Positions 39,401-48,539 of a stretch of DNA of 64,000 nt are shown here, one piece after another. How positions within the stretch are numbered: position 1 is the first letter of the stretch; each line of letters opens with the position of its first letter. Where the stretch lies: IMG/VR virus record IMGVR_UViG_2675903313_000009; one strand, 5' to 3'. Origin of the DNA: a virus (lineage: Duplodnaviria; Heunggongvirae; Uroviricota; Caudoviricetes). The position numbers and the translations under genes were made by a program. Below the pieces are notes generated by a model. That model did no database searches, was not told the DNA's origin, and was given only the letters and a program-made list of their open reading frames with translations.

Positions 39401-39919
39401 CTCATGACGCGGATGGCGGCTGAAATGGGCTTAGGTGATGAACTAATCCGCCCCAGCATTGGTATTAAGCCGAAAATCATGATCATTCTGGACAATGCGA
39501 ACGGCAATGATGCTCGAACCGGTTACTTTATGGAGAACGGATACGACGACTTTAAGGCCAAGCTATTGACGGCTGGAGATTTACGCATGGGCGATCTCTA
39601 TGTCACAGGTGTTTGCAAGAAGGTTAAAGACAAAGAAAAAGACTACACCAAAGACGAGATCGGCCAGTTCACCGACTTTATGCGTGAAGAGATCAATCTG
39701 GTGCGTCCGACCTATGTGCTGACGTGTGGCAGCCGGGCAACTTCATTGTTTAACAACAAAAACAAGCCATCCGATTTGGTCGGCAGGAAGGAGTATCTTC
39801 CAGACCTTGACGTTACTGTCTTTTACGGGTTTAACCCCAACATTCTTTACTTCAGACCTGAAGAGGGAGAACGACTAGAAGCGATATTAGCCGACGTAGC
39901 AGAAACCATTAAGACGTGA
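36401..39919 (+). CDS. DNA polymerase III alpha-like replicative polymerase (DnaE family, N-terminal PHP domain)
   Basis: 1172 aa; N-terminus MKALMVRTDFSLGESALKAENAVKIAREAGYTAV is PHP-like; blocks GPGRGSSAGSLVAWCIGIT and FERFINPER..LPDADLDF are typical of the pol III alpha core. Confidence 0.85.
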   Translation: MKALMVRTDFSLGESALKAENAVKIAREAGYTAVISADSMNIASVIPLQRAAGDDMAVICGVKLNIVDDPTYEHRAKLAKESMRCMESLERGRNYSFTALIKNEQGYRDICELMTVANTREQFYFVPRLSLEKLVSTYAKGNIILLTSDIGSVFQRNDFAKIISSLITAGGKDNFYSVVYPHPTPFYDQINVRAMKVASALKIEPVAFYPAYYESIDDADIKDIAHMVTNNIKIDQPHRLRIPHQRDNAINGRRHLLEALKAFSVRMDVPVTAAMASTTQDSIIDACTWRWHELPPALPKMADDEPATLMKLAVAGLRKRLTTKEFGYTPPASENRVYVERLKYEMDTLTRLGFCGYFLMVRDLMNHSRETGIPVGPGRGSSAGSLVAWCIGITNVDPIRHGLLFERFINPERLDLPDADLDFSQARRHEVIEYLNERYGEDYVAGIPNFTYLGAASALRDTARIYGVESADMAVSKELKNVEDDSLPLEELREQLASLDKYATKYPDAFNAACKLQSLMRGFGRHAAGMIVAGVPLTERTPVERRGDARCIAFDKRYCEAMGLIKLDVLGLATLDLLDSAKRYIKENTGEDINLDAISLEDRKVLDGFAAGYTQGVFQLESGPMRKLLKDLGGGIEPMSFKTVVATTALFRPGPIQSGMLDDYVSVAKGFMTPESLHPVLDELTAETNGVILYQEQTMNATRLLAGFTMAEADGVRKAIGKKDMEKMKSMGEKFIVQAQAGWIDVELEDGTTQRIHRAEHFKCEDGTLKTVEEALEYGAKLPINAVRVTASHPGLSEMKAKEIWTAFEKNGAYQFNKSHSVAYSLISYQSMWLKTHYPAEFFAAALTILGEDKHQGLVKDALTYGIRVLPPDVNVSSNRIEIRTLEDGSQVLYAPFSAVKGCSENGCQAIMRAREKVGGKFESLAQFEEAVEKRACNSRVRESLQKVGAFASIEPGSLPATDPERLRDQAELMGNLVIDAVKASRPFEMNPKRSAEINVLMTRMAAEMGLGDELIRPSIGIKPKIMIILDNANGNDARTGYFMENGYDDFKAKLLTAGDLRMGDLYVTGVCKKVKDKEKDYTKDEIGQFTDFMREEINLVRPTYVLTCGSRATSLFNNKNKPSDLVGRKEYLPDLDVTVFYGFNPNILYFRPEEGERLEAILADVAETIKT

Positions 39920-40044
39920 TCCCATAAACATGGCCTCTATGGCCATGTTTTCTCTTATCCCCTCATATCCCCTATCCTCGAACTCCTTGCCTTATCATCA
40001 CAATGATATAATCAATATAAGATGATAAGTAAAAAGGAAAGCAC

Positions 40045-40476
40045 ATGATCACCGATATTTACGAGAAAATAATGTCTGATCTCGAGTTTGACCGAGACAA
40101 TCTGGAGGAAGTCTGGCGTAGACAACCCCGCCTTTTAATGGAGTATGGCTCAAAACTCGCTCATGCAGAAAGAAGTGTCGCAGAGGCAAAACTTAACCTT
40201 GAAGCTGTTGAAGCAAAGCTATACGACACAGAGCGTAAGAACTTGAGTATGAACGGCATTAAGTTCAACGAATCTGTACTGGACGCTAAGGTTAAAACAA
40301 ACCCACAGTATCTGTCTAAACGGCAGAAGTTGGATGAAGCACGGCACATCGCAGACATATACAAACATGCTGTCGCCGCCTTTTCGCATCGCCGAGACAT
40401 GATCGTTCAGGCGTCAAAGATGGCCATCGTTGAATTAGAGCGATTAGGCTCTGAACGCTTTATTACTCCCCGTTGA
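40045..40476 (+). CDS. Hypothetical helical protein (143 aa)
   Basis: Track ORF with the conserved AAAGGAAAGCACATG leader. Confidence 0.5.
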   Translation: MITDIYEKIMSDLEFDRDNLEEVWRRQPRLLMEYGSKLAHAERSVAEAKLNLEAVEAKLYDTERKNLSMNGIKFNESVLDAKVKTNPQYLSKRQKLDEARHIADIYKHAVAAFSHRRDMIVQASKMAIVELERLGSERFITPR

Positions 40477-40593
40477 TTTTTGATAGATAATAAGTATGTA
40501 CTGATCTATTATTTAACAGCTCGAAAGAGCCACGAATGAACGAAAGCCCAACGCGCATAGCGCCATCGGCCAAATCACAACAAGGAGAAACAC

Positions 40594-41622
40594 ATGTCTA
40601 AGACATTACTTGATTTGCTTAACAAAACTCGTGAAGACATTGCCGCCAAACGTGGTAACAACGTTGATCTGACTCGCTTAAAAGACGGCGTCAACTATAT
40701 CCGCATCTTCCCGAATAAAGACGACCCAAACGGTAAGTTCTTCCAGACTTTCGGTATGCACTACGTTAAGTATCAGAACGAGGAAGGTAAAGAAGCAACC
40801 AACGCTTATATTTGTGAGCAACATACTCACGGTCGCGCTTGTCAGCTATGCGAAATGGTGATGGAAGGTCGCGCTCGTCACAAGGGTAACAAAGCAATGG
40901 AAGAACGCATCGGTCAAATGCGTGCCACTCCTCGCTACCTGGTCAACGGCATTCTTTCTGCTCGTGAGGATTTCGCAGATGCTGAGAAATGCCAGTTAAT
41001 CGAGCTGCCGTCTACTGTATTCGATGATATCTGCAAAGCAATCACCGAAGACATCGCTGATGATATCGGCAATCCACTGAGCAAAGAGGAAGGCTACGCA
41101 TTCCTGATTAAACGTACTGGCTCTGGTCGCGATACCAAATATGACGTCTCGCCTAAGCGTAAAGTCTACAAAGGCGATATCGAAGATAAATTCTGGAACA
41201 CCCAGCATGATCTGATCGCATACGCAAATCAGGCTGATGAAACTCGTCTTCTGTCGACAGTTCGCACTATGGGTCGTCTGATTGGCATCGCTGCACCAAC
41301 TGCCGCAGCATCTGCACCAGCAATTTCCTCAACCGCGAAAACATCGGCTGCGGCACTACCTGGATTTGGCTCTGTCACTGGTCATACAGAAGGAGCGACT
41401 GCTGTAGCAACCGCTCACACCCCAGCTTCTGAACCAACCAGTCTGGTTGATGAAGAAATCCTCCGTGCCGTTGAAACTGAATTTAAACCAGAGGCAAGTT
41501 CCGCTGCCGTTGCCGTATCAGTCAAAGAGTCTGAAGCAGTCGCAGCGACATCTGTAGCAACCGCATCTGCGACGGAAGATGAAGGTCTGGATGACCTACT
41601 GAGAGAGCTGGACTCTCTGTAA
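40594..41622 (+). CDS. Putative ssDNA-binding protein (gp32-like: zinc site plus acidic C-terminal tail)
   Basis: Cys/His cluster CEQHTHGRACQLC and strongly acidic C-terminus (EDEGLDDLLRELDSL); sits with FEN and RecA genes. Confidence 0.5.
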   Translation: MSKTLLDLLNKTREDIAAKRGNNVDLTRLKDGVNYIRIFPNKDDPNGKFFQTFGMHYVKYQNEEGKEATNAYICEQHTHGRACQLCEMVMEGRARHKGNKAMEERIGQMRATPRYLVNGILSAREDFADAEKCQLIELPSTVFDDICKAITEDIADDIGNPLSKEEGYAFLIKRTGSGRDTKYDVSPKRKVYKGDIEDKFWNTQHDLIAYANQADETRLLSTVRTMGRLIGIAAPTAAASAPAISSTAKTSAAALPGFGSVTGHTEGATAVATAHTPASEPTSLVDEEILRAVETEFKPEASSAAVAVSVKESEAVAATSVATASATEDEGLDDLLRELDSL

Positions 41623-41641
41623 TCCCATTACGTGACCAGTA

Positions 41642-41667
41642 AGGCGTCTACGGACGCCTTACTTTTT
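41642..41667 (+). terminator. Rho-independent terminator (GGCGTC...GACGCC family)
   Basis: AGGCGTC-TACG-GACGCCT followed by TACTTTTT. Confidence 0.6.
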
Positions 41668-41682
41668 GGAAGGAATGTACCG

Positions 41683-42627
41683 GTGAATTATCTCTTCGTA
41701 GATGGCAATAGCCTGGGTTATTACCACCAACAATCTGACAAATTGCACAACGGCGAAATGGAAGTACAGGCTGCTTTCGGCTTTGTTAAGAACGTCCGTC
41801 GTTATGCCTCCATCCTCCATGCCCGACCTATGATTCTTTGGGATGGATTTAGTGACAAGCGTCGCGACTTTTACCCGGACTACAAAGCAAATCGCGACGA
41901 CGATCCTGATATGAAAAAGATGAAGGAAGGCTTTGCTATCCAGAAGCCATACATCCTCAAAATGATGACCGCGCTTGGAGTTACCCAACTCATTGCAAAA
42001 GATGCAGAAGCGGATGATCTGGCCGGGCTGCTGGTAGCCAGCATTGCACCGCAGCCAATCGTTGAACACATCTATCTGTTAACAGGCGATAGCGACTGGC
42101 TTCAGTTAGTTCGCGAAAACGTAAGCTGGGTAAGCCTGCGCGAAGACGCCAAAAACAAGCAGGTTAATTTTGAGCAATTTGCGGAGCTGACAGGATTCGC
42201 TACTCCTCGCGCATTTTTGGAAGCAAAAGCATTACAAGGCGATAAATCGGACAACATTAGCGGTGTTGGTGGCATTGGTGCTGGCGGTGCGAAAGAGCTG
42301 CTGCATGAATGGGGAAGTGTCGCAACGATGGTACGCGGCATCAACGACGGCTCAATCGTGGTTGACAAAGGACGCCATAAGACCGCCTTCAACAAACTAG
42401 CGAAGAATGCCTTCAACGAGAAAACAGGCTGTCGAATGCTCGAAGCGTTCAAGAGAAACATCACGCTAATGAACCTGATTGAGACGAAGTTTCCGCCTAC
42501 CGAAATCGAAACAATCAAAGGCAATCGTGACGTGAAAGCATTCGAGCAACTGTGCTACGAGCTGAATTTCCGTTCGTTCCTTGAAGACCTTGAAGTGTTT
42601 GTTCTTCCATTCGAAAGGTATTGCTAA
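41683..42627 (+). CDS. 5'-3' exonuclease / flap endonuclease (FEN, PIN-like)
   Basis: GTG at 41683 preceded by GGAAGGA; N-terminus NYLFVDGNSLGYY and later acidic clusters typical of FEN-family nucleases; the track ORF start at 41632 lies inside the terminator hairpin. Confidence 0.8.
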   Translation: MNYLFVDGNSLGYYHQQSDKLHNGEMEVQAAFGFVKNVRRYASILHARPMILWDGFSDKRRDFYPDYKANRDDDPDMKKMKEGFAIQKPYILKMMTALGVTQLIAKDAEADDLAGLLVASIAPQPIVEHIYLLTGDSDWLQLVRENVSWVSLREDAKNKQVNFEQFAELTGFATPRAFLEAKALQGDKSDNISGVGGIGAGGAKELLHEWGSVATMVRGINDGSIVVDKGRHKTAFNKLAKNAFNEKTGCRMLEAFKRNITLMNLIETKFPPTEIETIKGNRDVKAFEQLCYELNFRSFLEDLEVFVLPFERYC

Positions 42628-42893
42628 TGCTTAAATCGATTATCAATGGCGCTACAACCACCCCTGCCCAACTGGCAAAAGAGATTGTCTTTTATCACGG
42701 TGAGTACGCTGTCATCGCACTGCCGTCAATTCTAGGCGCTGCCGGAATGAAAGCGACAGATCGCGAGTTTGGATTAGTCAGCGAGCAGGTCGTAAAAATC
42801 CTCGCTCGTGTATCCAGACTCCTTAACCACGATGCGATTGTATTCGATGAATCCGCCGCTTTAAAACGAATCAACGAAACAAAAGGAGCCTGA
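42621..42893 (+). CDS. Small hypothetical protein (90 aa)
   Basis: Track ORF overlapping the FEN stop; weak. Confidence 0.35.
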   Translation: MLMLKSIINGATTTPAQLAKEIVFYHGEYAVIALPSILGAAGMKATDREFGLVSEQVVKILARVSRLLNHDAIVFDESAALKRINETKGA

Positions 42894-42895
42894 TC

Positions 42896-43969
42896 ATGGC
42901 AAAAGGAAAATCCGCACTGGCACTTGCTCTGAAAAAGAAAATCGGTAGCAACGACGAAATTCAGAAAGTAACTCATTGGATTGATACAGGCTTTCCACCG
43001 TTAAACAAAGCTATTTCTGGTCGTTACGATGGCGGCTTCCCATGTGGTCGTATCGTCGAAGTATTCGGTCCTCCAAGTGCAGGGAAAACGTTCCTTGCAA
43101 CAGCAGCGATGATCTCCGCTCAAAAACAAGATGGTCTGGCGGTATTCCTCGATCATGAAAACAGTTTTGACGTTGGCCTGGCTGTAGCCAATGGCCTGAA
43201 CGCAGATGAGGATGACGGTCAGTGGGTATACAAGCAGCCTGACACCTTCGAAGACTCTGTAGAGTTGATCGGCACAATACTTAAATTGGTACGTGATGAA
43301 GAGCTTATCCCTGAATCAGCACCTATCTGTATCGTGGCTGACTCACTTGCGTCTATGGTTCCGAACTCCAAAGCCGAGAAGTTCGAAAAGATGGCTGAAG
43401 GCACTGCCAAAGACAAAGATCAGCTAAACATGAACGACAATACGGCACTGGCTCGTGCGACAAGTGCGAACTTCCCTACTCTGGCTTTGTGGGCACGCAA
43501 ATACAACGCCTGCATCATCTTCTTGAATCAGGTTCGCACAAAAATCGGTGTAATGTTTGGCGACCCTACTACGTCGCCAGGTGGAGATTCACCGAAGTTC
43601 TACGCTTCTGTACGTATCCGTCTTGGTGCATCGGTGATGAAGGATGGTAAAGAGAAGATCGGCCAGGACGTAGGCGCAGAATGCATCAAAAACAAAGTTG
43701 CACCACCGTATGGCAAATGCACCTGGAAATTCTACTTCGATCCTACTCGTGGCCTCGACGTTATCGAATCGCTCGTCGAGTACATGCTGGAAGAAGGATA
43801 CCTGCCAAAGAACGCCAGCGGGCGAGTTGAAATTGGTGACAAGAAATACACCAAATCGCAGATCGTCGAGATGTATCGGGAGAAGCCACTGGCTGAAATC
43901 ATTGCGGCTTTGCAGGCAATCGACGACCGAAGAGCAAAAGACAACCCCACCGAGTCAGTAGAAGAGTAA
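42896..43969 (+). CDS. RecA/UvsX-family recombinase
   Basis: Walker A GPPSAGKTFLA in a RecA-like context; 357 aa. Confidence 0.75.
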   Translation: MAKGKSALALALKKKIGSNDEIQKVTHWIDTGFPPLNKAISGRYDGGFPCGRIVEVFGPPSAGKTFLATAAMISAQKQDGLAVFLDHENSFDVGLAVANGLNADEDDGQWVYKQPDTFEDSVELIGTILKLVRDEELIPESAPICIVADSLASMVPNSKAEKFEKMAEGTAKDKDQLNMNDNTALARATSANFPTLALWARKYNACIIFLNQVRTKIGVMFGDPTTSPGGDSPKFYASVRIRLGASVMKDGKEKIGQDVGAECIKNKVAPPYGKCTWKFYFDPTRGLDVIESLVEYMLEEGYLPKNASGRVEIGDKKYTKSQIVEMYREKPLAEIIAALQAIDDRRAKDNPTESVEE

Positions 43970-43975
43970 ACACAA

Positions 43976-43998
43976 GGCGTCCACAGGACGCCTTTTTT
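43976..43998 (+). terminator. Rho-independent terminator (GGCGTCC...GGACGCC family)
   Basis: GGCGTCC-ACA-GGACGCC followed by TTTTTT. Confidence 0.75.
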
Positions 43999-44061
43999 AT
44001 CTCTTGAAAATATATAAGTACTTACTTATTATTTTCGCATAACAACCACATAGGAAAACAC

Positions 44062-44262
44062 ATGATCAAAATCTATCTATTGGCAGTAGCCACAGGCGTT
44101 TCAGTGGCTCTCATCTACGGTTTACTGGTTCCGTCGCTGATTTCTACCAAGAGTGATTTAGCCGTCATGTTTGGAGTTATCGTTGGTTTTGGTGCTCCTG
44201 TAATCGGTCTTATTGCTGGTCGTAAGTTTATCAACTCATTAATCAAAGCAAAGGGGAAATAA
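44062..44262 (+). CDS. Small two-helix membrane protein (66 aa)
   Basis: Two hydrophobic segments; conserved GGAAAACACATG leader; immediately upstream of the SPFH gene. Confidence 0.5.
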   Translation: MIKIYLLAVATGVSVALIYGLLVPSLISTKSDLAVMFGVIVGFGAPVIGLIAGRKFINSLIKAKGK

Positions 44263-44265
44263 GTA

Positions 44266-45096
44266 ATGAAGAAAGGTTTACTTGCAGTTGCTCTGGCGGC
44301 TATTTGCACAATGGGTCTTACTGGCTGTGATCGCGTGGAGCCTGGATACGTTGGCATCAAAGTAAACAAATTAGGTGAAGACAAAGGGATCGGTGAAGTG
44401 GTTGGCGTTGGTCGCCAATGGACAGGTCTTAACACCGAACTTTACGTATTCCCGACCTTCAAACAAATGAAGACCTACGACGAGCCGTTCACATTCCAGA
44501 TGAGTGACGGTACTGCTATTGGTCACAAAATTGGCGTTGCGTATCTGGTTAATCGTGACAAGGTAACGACGGTGTTCCAGACCTATCGCAAAGGCGTAGA
44601 CGATATCACCGAATCAGATCTGCGTCAGAAAATTGCCGACTCTCTAAACCGTTTGGCCAGCCGTATGACCACTGACTCATTTATCGACGGTGGTAAGGCG
44701 CAATTGCTGGACAACGCACTGAAAGACATTCAGAAAGAGATGTCTCCGGTTGGTATTGAGGTACTGAGCCTGTCATGGGTTGGAAAGCCTGATTACCCAA
44801 AAACCGTCATTGAATCTATCAACGCCAAAGTAACGGCTAACCAGCGTACTCTGCAACGCCAGCAGGAAGTTGAACAGCGTAAAGCTGAGGCGAATATGCT
44901 ACGTGAACAGGCTAATGGTGAAGCTGATGCTATCCGTGCTCGTGCGCAAGCAGAAGCAGACGCCATTCGTCTGCGCGGTGAAGCTCTGCGTCAAAACCCG
45001 AACGTTATGGAGCTGGAAGCCATCAATAAATGGAATGGCCAGTTACCGCAGTACATGACTCAAGGGGCTAACACTCCTTTCATTACAGTGAAATAA
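44266..45096 (+). CDS. SPFH/band-7 domain lipoprotein
   Basis: Lipoprotein signal (AICTMGLTGC); central SPFH-like region; C-terminal Ala/Glu/Arg/Gln-rich coiled coil typical of the family. Confidence 0.7.
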   Translation: MKKGLLAVALAAICTMGLTGCDRVEPGYVGIKVNKLGEDKGIGEVVGVGRQWTGLNTELYVFPTFKQMKTYDEPFTFQMSDGTAIGHKIGVAYLVNRDKVTTVFQTYRKGVDDITESDLRQKIADSLNRLASRMTTDSFIDGGKAQLLDNALKDIQKEMSPVGIEVLSLSWVGKPDYPKTVIESINAKVTANQRTLQRQQEVEQRKAEANMLREQANGEADAIRARAQAEADAIRLRGEALRQNPNVMELEAINKWNGQLPQYMTQGANTPFITVK

Positions 45097-45113
45097 CTCC
45101 CCTTAAAAGTTCA

Positions 45114-45138
45114 GGCGTCCAGTTGGACGCCTTTTTTA
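45114..45138 (+). terminator. Rho-independent terminator (GGCGTCC...GGACGCC family)
   Basis: GGCGTCC-AGTT-GGACGCC followed by TTTTTT. Confidence 0.75.
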
Positions 45139-45187
45139 TCGCAATTATCTTATTAAGAAAACAATTTGTTTAAAAGGATAAGAAAAC

Positions 45188-45613
45188 ATGACAGTTATTA
45201 AGAAACTCTACGATGCCGCAAACGTGGCTCTGGATGTTATTGATGATGAAGTAGCAAAAGGCTTTCCTGAACCTGATTGGGCGCATCAGCTACGAAACGC
45301 TATCGCAGAAATGACCCCACCAGATCCAACCCCCGACGAGACAGACTGGCAGCGATTCATCCGTATGTACGCTCAGGAAATAGGTCCAACGCCAACGGCA
45401 GAGCAGGCAATGCTGCTGAAATACTTCAAAGAGGCGGGAGAGGATTTACCAATTGATGACTCAGCATATTGGTTCCACTGCGCATGGCGTAAGTATGACG
45501 TGATATTCACACAAGGCATGGGAAGCAAAGATATGGTTGTGTGGCATCTACTCCATATAGACACAGCCGTTGACAGAGTTATTGAACAGTTTTTCCCTAA
45601 CCAAGAAGATTGA
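45188..45613 (+). CDS. Hypothetical protein (141 aa)
   Basis: Track ORF preceded by the AAACAATTTGTTT palindrome and RBS. Confidence 0.5.
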   Translation: MTVIKKLYDAANVALDVIDDEVAKGFPEPDWAHQLRNAIAEMTPPDPTPDETDWQRFIRMYAQEIGPTPTAEQAMLLKYFKEAGEDLPIDDSAYWFHCAWRKYDVIFTQGMGSKDMVVWHLLHIDTAVDRVIEQFFPNQED

Positions 45614-45668
45614 TCGCCTATTCATAACTAACAAAATAAGTAAACACTAACCACAAAAGGAAAAACAC

Positions 45669-45944
45669 ATGAGAGTTTTAGTTCGAATCGTTACCAGCAC
45701 TGTCTATGACGTGTTTCCGCTTTTTATGGTCAAAGTCGATGGCCTTAACGATGAAGAAACTGACGCGCTGATCCAGCGTACTCTTGTTGAATATACAGGT
45801 CATGACGCTGATTCAGTGATGGTTGATGATGATGGTGTTTGTTGGCATAACGGCAACTGTTGGTACGTAGAAGAGACTCAACAAATCAGTAATGAAGATG
45901 CTGAACATCTTGAGCGTATTTTAAGCATCAGCACTTTTGAGTGA
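45669..45944 (+). CDS. Hypothetical protein (91 aa)
   Basis: Track ORF with the conserved AAAGGAAAAACACATG leader. Confidence 0.45.
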   Translation: MRVLVRIVTSTVYDVFPLFMVKVDGLNDEETDALIQRTLVEYTGHDADSVMVDDDGVCWHNGNCWYVEETQQISNEDAEHLERILSISTFE

Positions 45945-46159
45945 GTTTACAGTAAAGTTTATATAAGTTAGTATCTACCTATCATGAAGATTTTTATTGA
46001 ATACTTGTTACTCATCGTTTCAATAGCTTTTGTCATCGACTGCATTTTCACTGGTGTCATTCGTAAAGTCTTTTCCCCGGTGCACGACGTAGTCATAAAC
46101 GCTTTGGCTATCGTGCTCGTATTTAATTCAGCATTTGATGTAATCAAAGAGGTGGCAGC

Positions 46160-46495
46160 ATGAAGACCATCCCATTCGCGCTGTTGTTTCTTTCTTCGAT
46201 CGTTGTGGCCGACACCACTGTTTATCAGTGTGAAATGTCTGTAGCCGACGTTAAGAATGGCGCTCTTACCGACGTCATAAAAGCACCATATGGAGCGATG
46301 GTCGTAGACAGCGGCGACCAGTTCTATATTGTGCGTGACGATCGAGTGTTGTCATCCCCATATCTCACAAATCGTAATGGCAAATTAACCGGCGTCGGAG
46401 AAGACCACTTCGTATACAACAAATACAAGGGCTTTTATGGCGTTCACGCTTCTCAGCAAAGCTACCTTTTCGATGACTGCAAGGAGGTTGGGTAA
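46160..46495 (+). CDS. Secreted hypothetical protein (111 aa)
   Basis: N-terminal signal peptide (MKTIPFALLFLSSIVVA). Confidence 0.5.
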   Translation: MKTIPFALLFLSSIVVADTTVYQCEMSVADVKNGALTDVIKAPYGAMVVDSGDQFYIVRDDRVLSSPYLTNRNGKLTGVGEDHFVYNKYKGFYGVHASQQSYLFDDCKEVG

Positions 46496-46707
46496 TGGCA
46501 TTAACACTGGCAGGTCTGGAAATCGAGAAAACAAGCGGCTACTGGCGTGCTAAGGGTTTCAAGCAGCCTGGCATTCTTGAGCGTCTGGAACGTGAAGATG
46601 GGTATATCGTCCACCAGCGGCGTGAATGGCGTATGTACGATCCAGAAACAGGAAAACTGACTACAAAAGCCGGAACACTTTGGGGTCTGTTAAAGAAAAT
46701 ACACTAA
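46495..46707 (+). CDS. Hypothetical protein (70 aa)
   Basis: Track ORF overlapping the previous stop. Confidence 0.4.
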   Translation: MALTLAGLEIEKTSGYWRAKGFKQPGILERLEREDGYIVHQRREWRMYDPETGKLTTKAGTLWGLLKKIH

Positions 46708-46753
46708 ATGCAAACTGACTGCGGCTCGTTCCGCAGTCATATTTCATAGTCGT

Positions 46754-47289
46754 CACCGCTGACAGCATACACAATCAACTACCGCTGATAGCATATCGAG
46801 AGTCTATATCACCGCTCACAGCATACTTTACTCGATTTTTTACCGCTGGCAGCATACTTAAGACATTGCATGAATAATGTGTACCGGTATGGGTATAACC
46901 AGAACAAAATTACCGCTGGCAGCATACGAAGGTCTGACATATACCATTAATTACCGCTGATAGCATATCCAAACAAAAATTCCTCAATAAAACACCGCTG
47001 ACAGCATACGTTCTATCAGGGAGCAGCAGGCAATAAATGCCTTTCACTACAAGCAATCAGCGCAATAGCAATAGAATGTTAGTGAGCGCAAACCTATATG
47101 GAATGCACTCTTCGAGGTTAGTAACCACTGGGGAGGTATGACAGAGCATTGAGTGGTGATAGATGATTTACCGCTCACAGCATACGTTTATCTCACTATA
47201 CCGCTGGTAGCATATCTTTAACCGTTCACAGCATACTTTTCAGAAAAATAGCCGCTGATAGCATACATTTCACCGCTGACAGCATATCA
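46754..47289. repeat. Iteron array (about 12 copies of ACCGCTG-R-Y-AGCATAY) downstream of repA, incA-like
   Basis: Copies read at roughly 46754, 46781, 46811, 46842, 46912, 46953, 46994, 47170, 47200, 47221, 47251, 47272, in both orientations and irregularly spaced. Confidence 0.85.
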
Positions 47290-48381
47290 AAGCAGTTTGA
47301 GACTATTGGAAAGGATCTCAATCATCTTGATATTTTCAGGCGTCAAATTCTGCGAAAGTTCGGTTATCTTGTTGATAATGTTCTGTTTGGCATCAATTTC
47401 CCCAGCTTTCTCATCTGGTTTTTTGGGTTCGATGTCTTCAGGTTTTGGCGGTGCGACTTTGAGTTTTGGATTGCGGCTGTGAATCTGGATATAGATCGAC
47501 CGCCCTCGCTTAATCTCGCTGTATTCGAGATAGCCCAAATCTTGGAGAGCTTTTAAGCCGTTACGTATAGTCTGATTCTGCGAGCTGACATTCCTGCTAC
47601 TCAAATTGAGTCGCGCACGTAATCGAGCAAGCGATACCGGCGCAGGCTTGGTTGGAAGACTTTCGATGAAGGTGTACAGAGCCTGTGCTGTTTCTTTGCG
47701 TGGTAGCTTATTGATAACCTTTAACTGCAAAAGAACCTTATGGTCAAAGCGATATAGTTCGGCCAGCTTCGGTTCTGCATAGAACACCACCGTATCTTTC
47801 TGCTCGTTGTAGTCCACGCTATTGATGAGGTGCACCATCAGAAGCGAGATCTTGTTAGAGCCGTCGACATTCTTTTCTTCATACGTTCTCTGAAAAGACA
47901 GAGTTGTACGCATGATCTTCAAAAGACTGTTTGTAAGCCGGTCGCGGAGTGTTTTGCGGATCTGTGACGATGGATAGCCACAAAACTTCGCAAATTTCGT
48001 GATGCTTAACTCGACACGACCGTTAGGTTCGCCGTATTCTGCCAGCGAACGCACAACGCCCACCCACGTTTTGAAATCATGATCCATGTCGAGACGAGGA
48101 CCGGTTATCTTGATATCGGAATAACCTTCAGAACGGGCTACTTCGAGCTGAACAAGCTCCTTTGAAGCATCGATCTCATTTGGCTTATTACGCTTGCTGT
48201 ATTTTGTCCCCTTGAGCGTGGGCACGAACAACCCCAGCCGCATCAACGCAATTGGTTGGACTGTATTGTTGCTATTAGGGACAAGTTCCCCTGTGTACAA
48301 TTCAAGGGAACCTTCTTCAAAGTTGTCGAGATTATCTTCTACTTCTTTGTTATTTTTACCTTTTTTATTTTTTGTGGACAT
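47287..48381 (-). CDS. repA: Iteron-binding plasmid replication initiator (RepA-like)
   Basis: Start taken at internal Met (MSTKNKKGKNNKE...) of track ORF 47287-48501, because the upstream extension is encoded by the iteron DNA; flanked on both sides by iterons. Confidence 0.7.
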   Translation of the reverse strand: MSTKNKKGKNNKEVEDNLDNFEEGSLELYTGELVPNSNNTVQPIALMRLGLFVPTLKGTKYSKRNKPNEIDASKELVQLEVARSEGYSDIKITGPRLDMDHDFKTWVGVVRSLAEYGEPNGRVELSITKFAKFCGYPSSQIRKTLRDRLTNSLLKIMRTTLSFQRTYEEKNVDGSNKISLLMVHLINSVDYNEQKDTVVFYAEPKLAELYRFDHKVLLQLKVINKLPRKETAQALYTFIESLPTKPAPVSLARLRARLNLSSRNVSSQNQTIRNGLKALQDLGYLEYSEIKRGRSIYIQIHSRNPKLKVAPPKPEDIEPKKPDEKAGEIDAKQNIINKITELSQNLTPENIKMIEILSNSLKLL

Positions 48382-48400
48382 GTGGACACCTTTGTCATTC

Positions 48401-48503
48401 AACCGCTGACAGCATACTTGATTTGCCGCTGGCAGCATACCAAAAACAGTTGGCAGCATACGGCGAACCGTTGACAGACTATCAATTACCGCTGGTAGCA
48501 TAC
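48401..48503. repeat. Upstream iteron cluster (4-5 copies of ACCGCTG..AGCATAC), origin iterons
   Basis: Copies at roughly 48401, 48425, 48449 (partial), 48467 (degenerate), 48488. Confidence 0.8.
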
Positions 48504-48539
48504 ATGAACATGGCTTCAGACCAGTCGTGGCGCGGCTTA

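Noticed and set aside
37036-39507. Antisense ORFs inside the polymerase gene (37036-37386, 37362-37687, 38992-39507)
   Set aside because: Embedded in a gene with strong conserved-domain support; no RBS; composition typical of antisense reading of GC-balanced coding DNA.
36401-39919. C-terminal 200 aa of the DnaE-like polymerase considered as a fused uracil-DNA-glycosylase-like domain
   Set aside because: The protein is no longer than bacterial DnaE (about 1160 aa) and I could not identify UDG signature motifs; the divergent C-terminus is more simply the clamp/tau-binding region.
41632-41682. Upstream extension of the flap endonuclease ORF (track start 41632)
   Set aside because: The extension is encoded by the terminator hairpin after the SSB gene; GTG at 41683 with a GGAAGGA RBS gives the conserved FEN N-terminus.
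46754-47289. Repeat array considered as a possible CRISPR array
   Set aside because: Repeats are only 16-17 bp, irregularly spaced and in both orientations, flank a RepA-like gene on both sides and have no cas genes nearby; they fit plasmid iterons.
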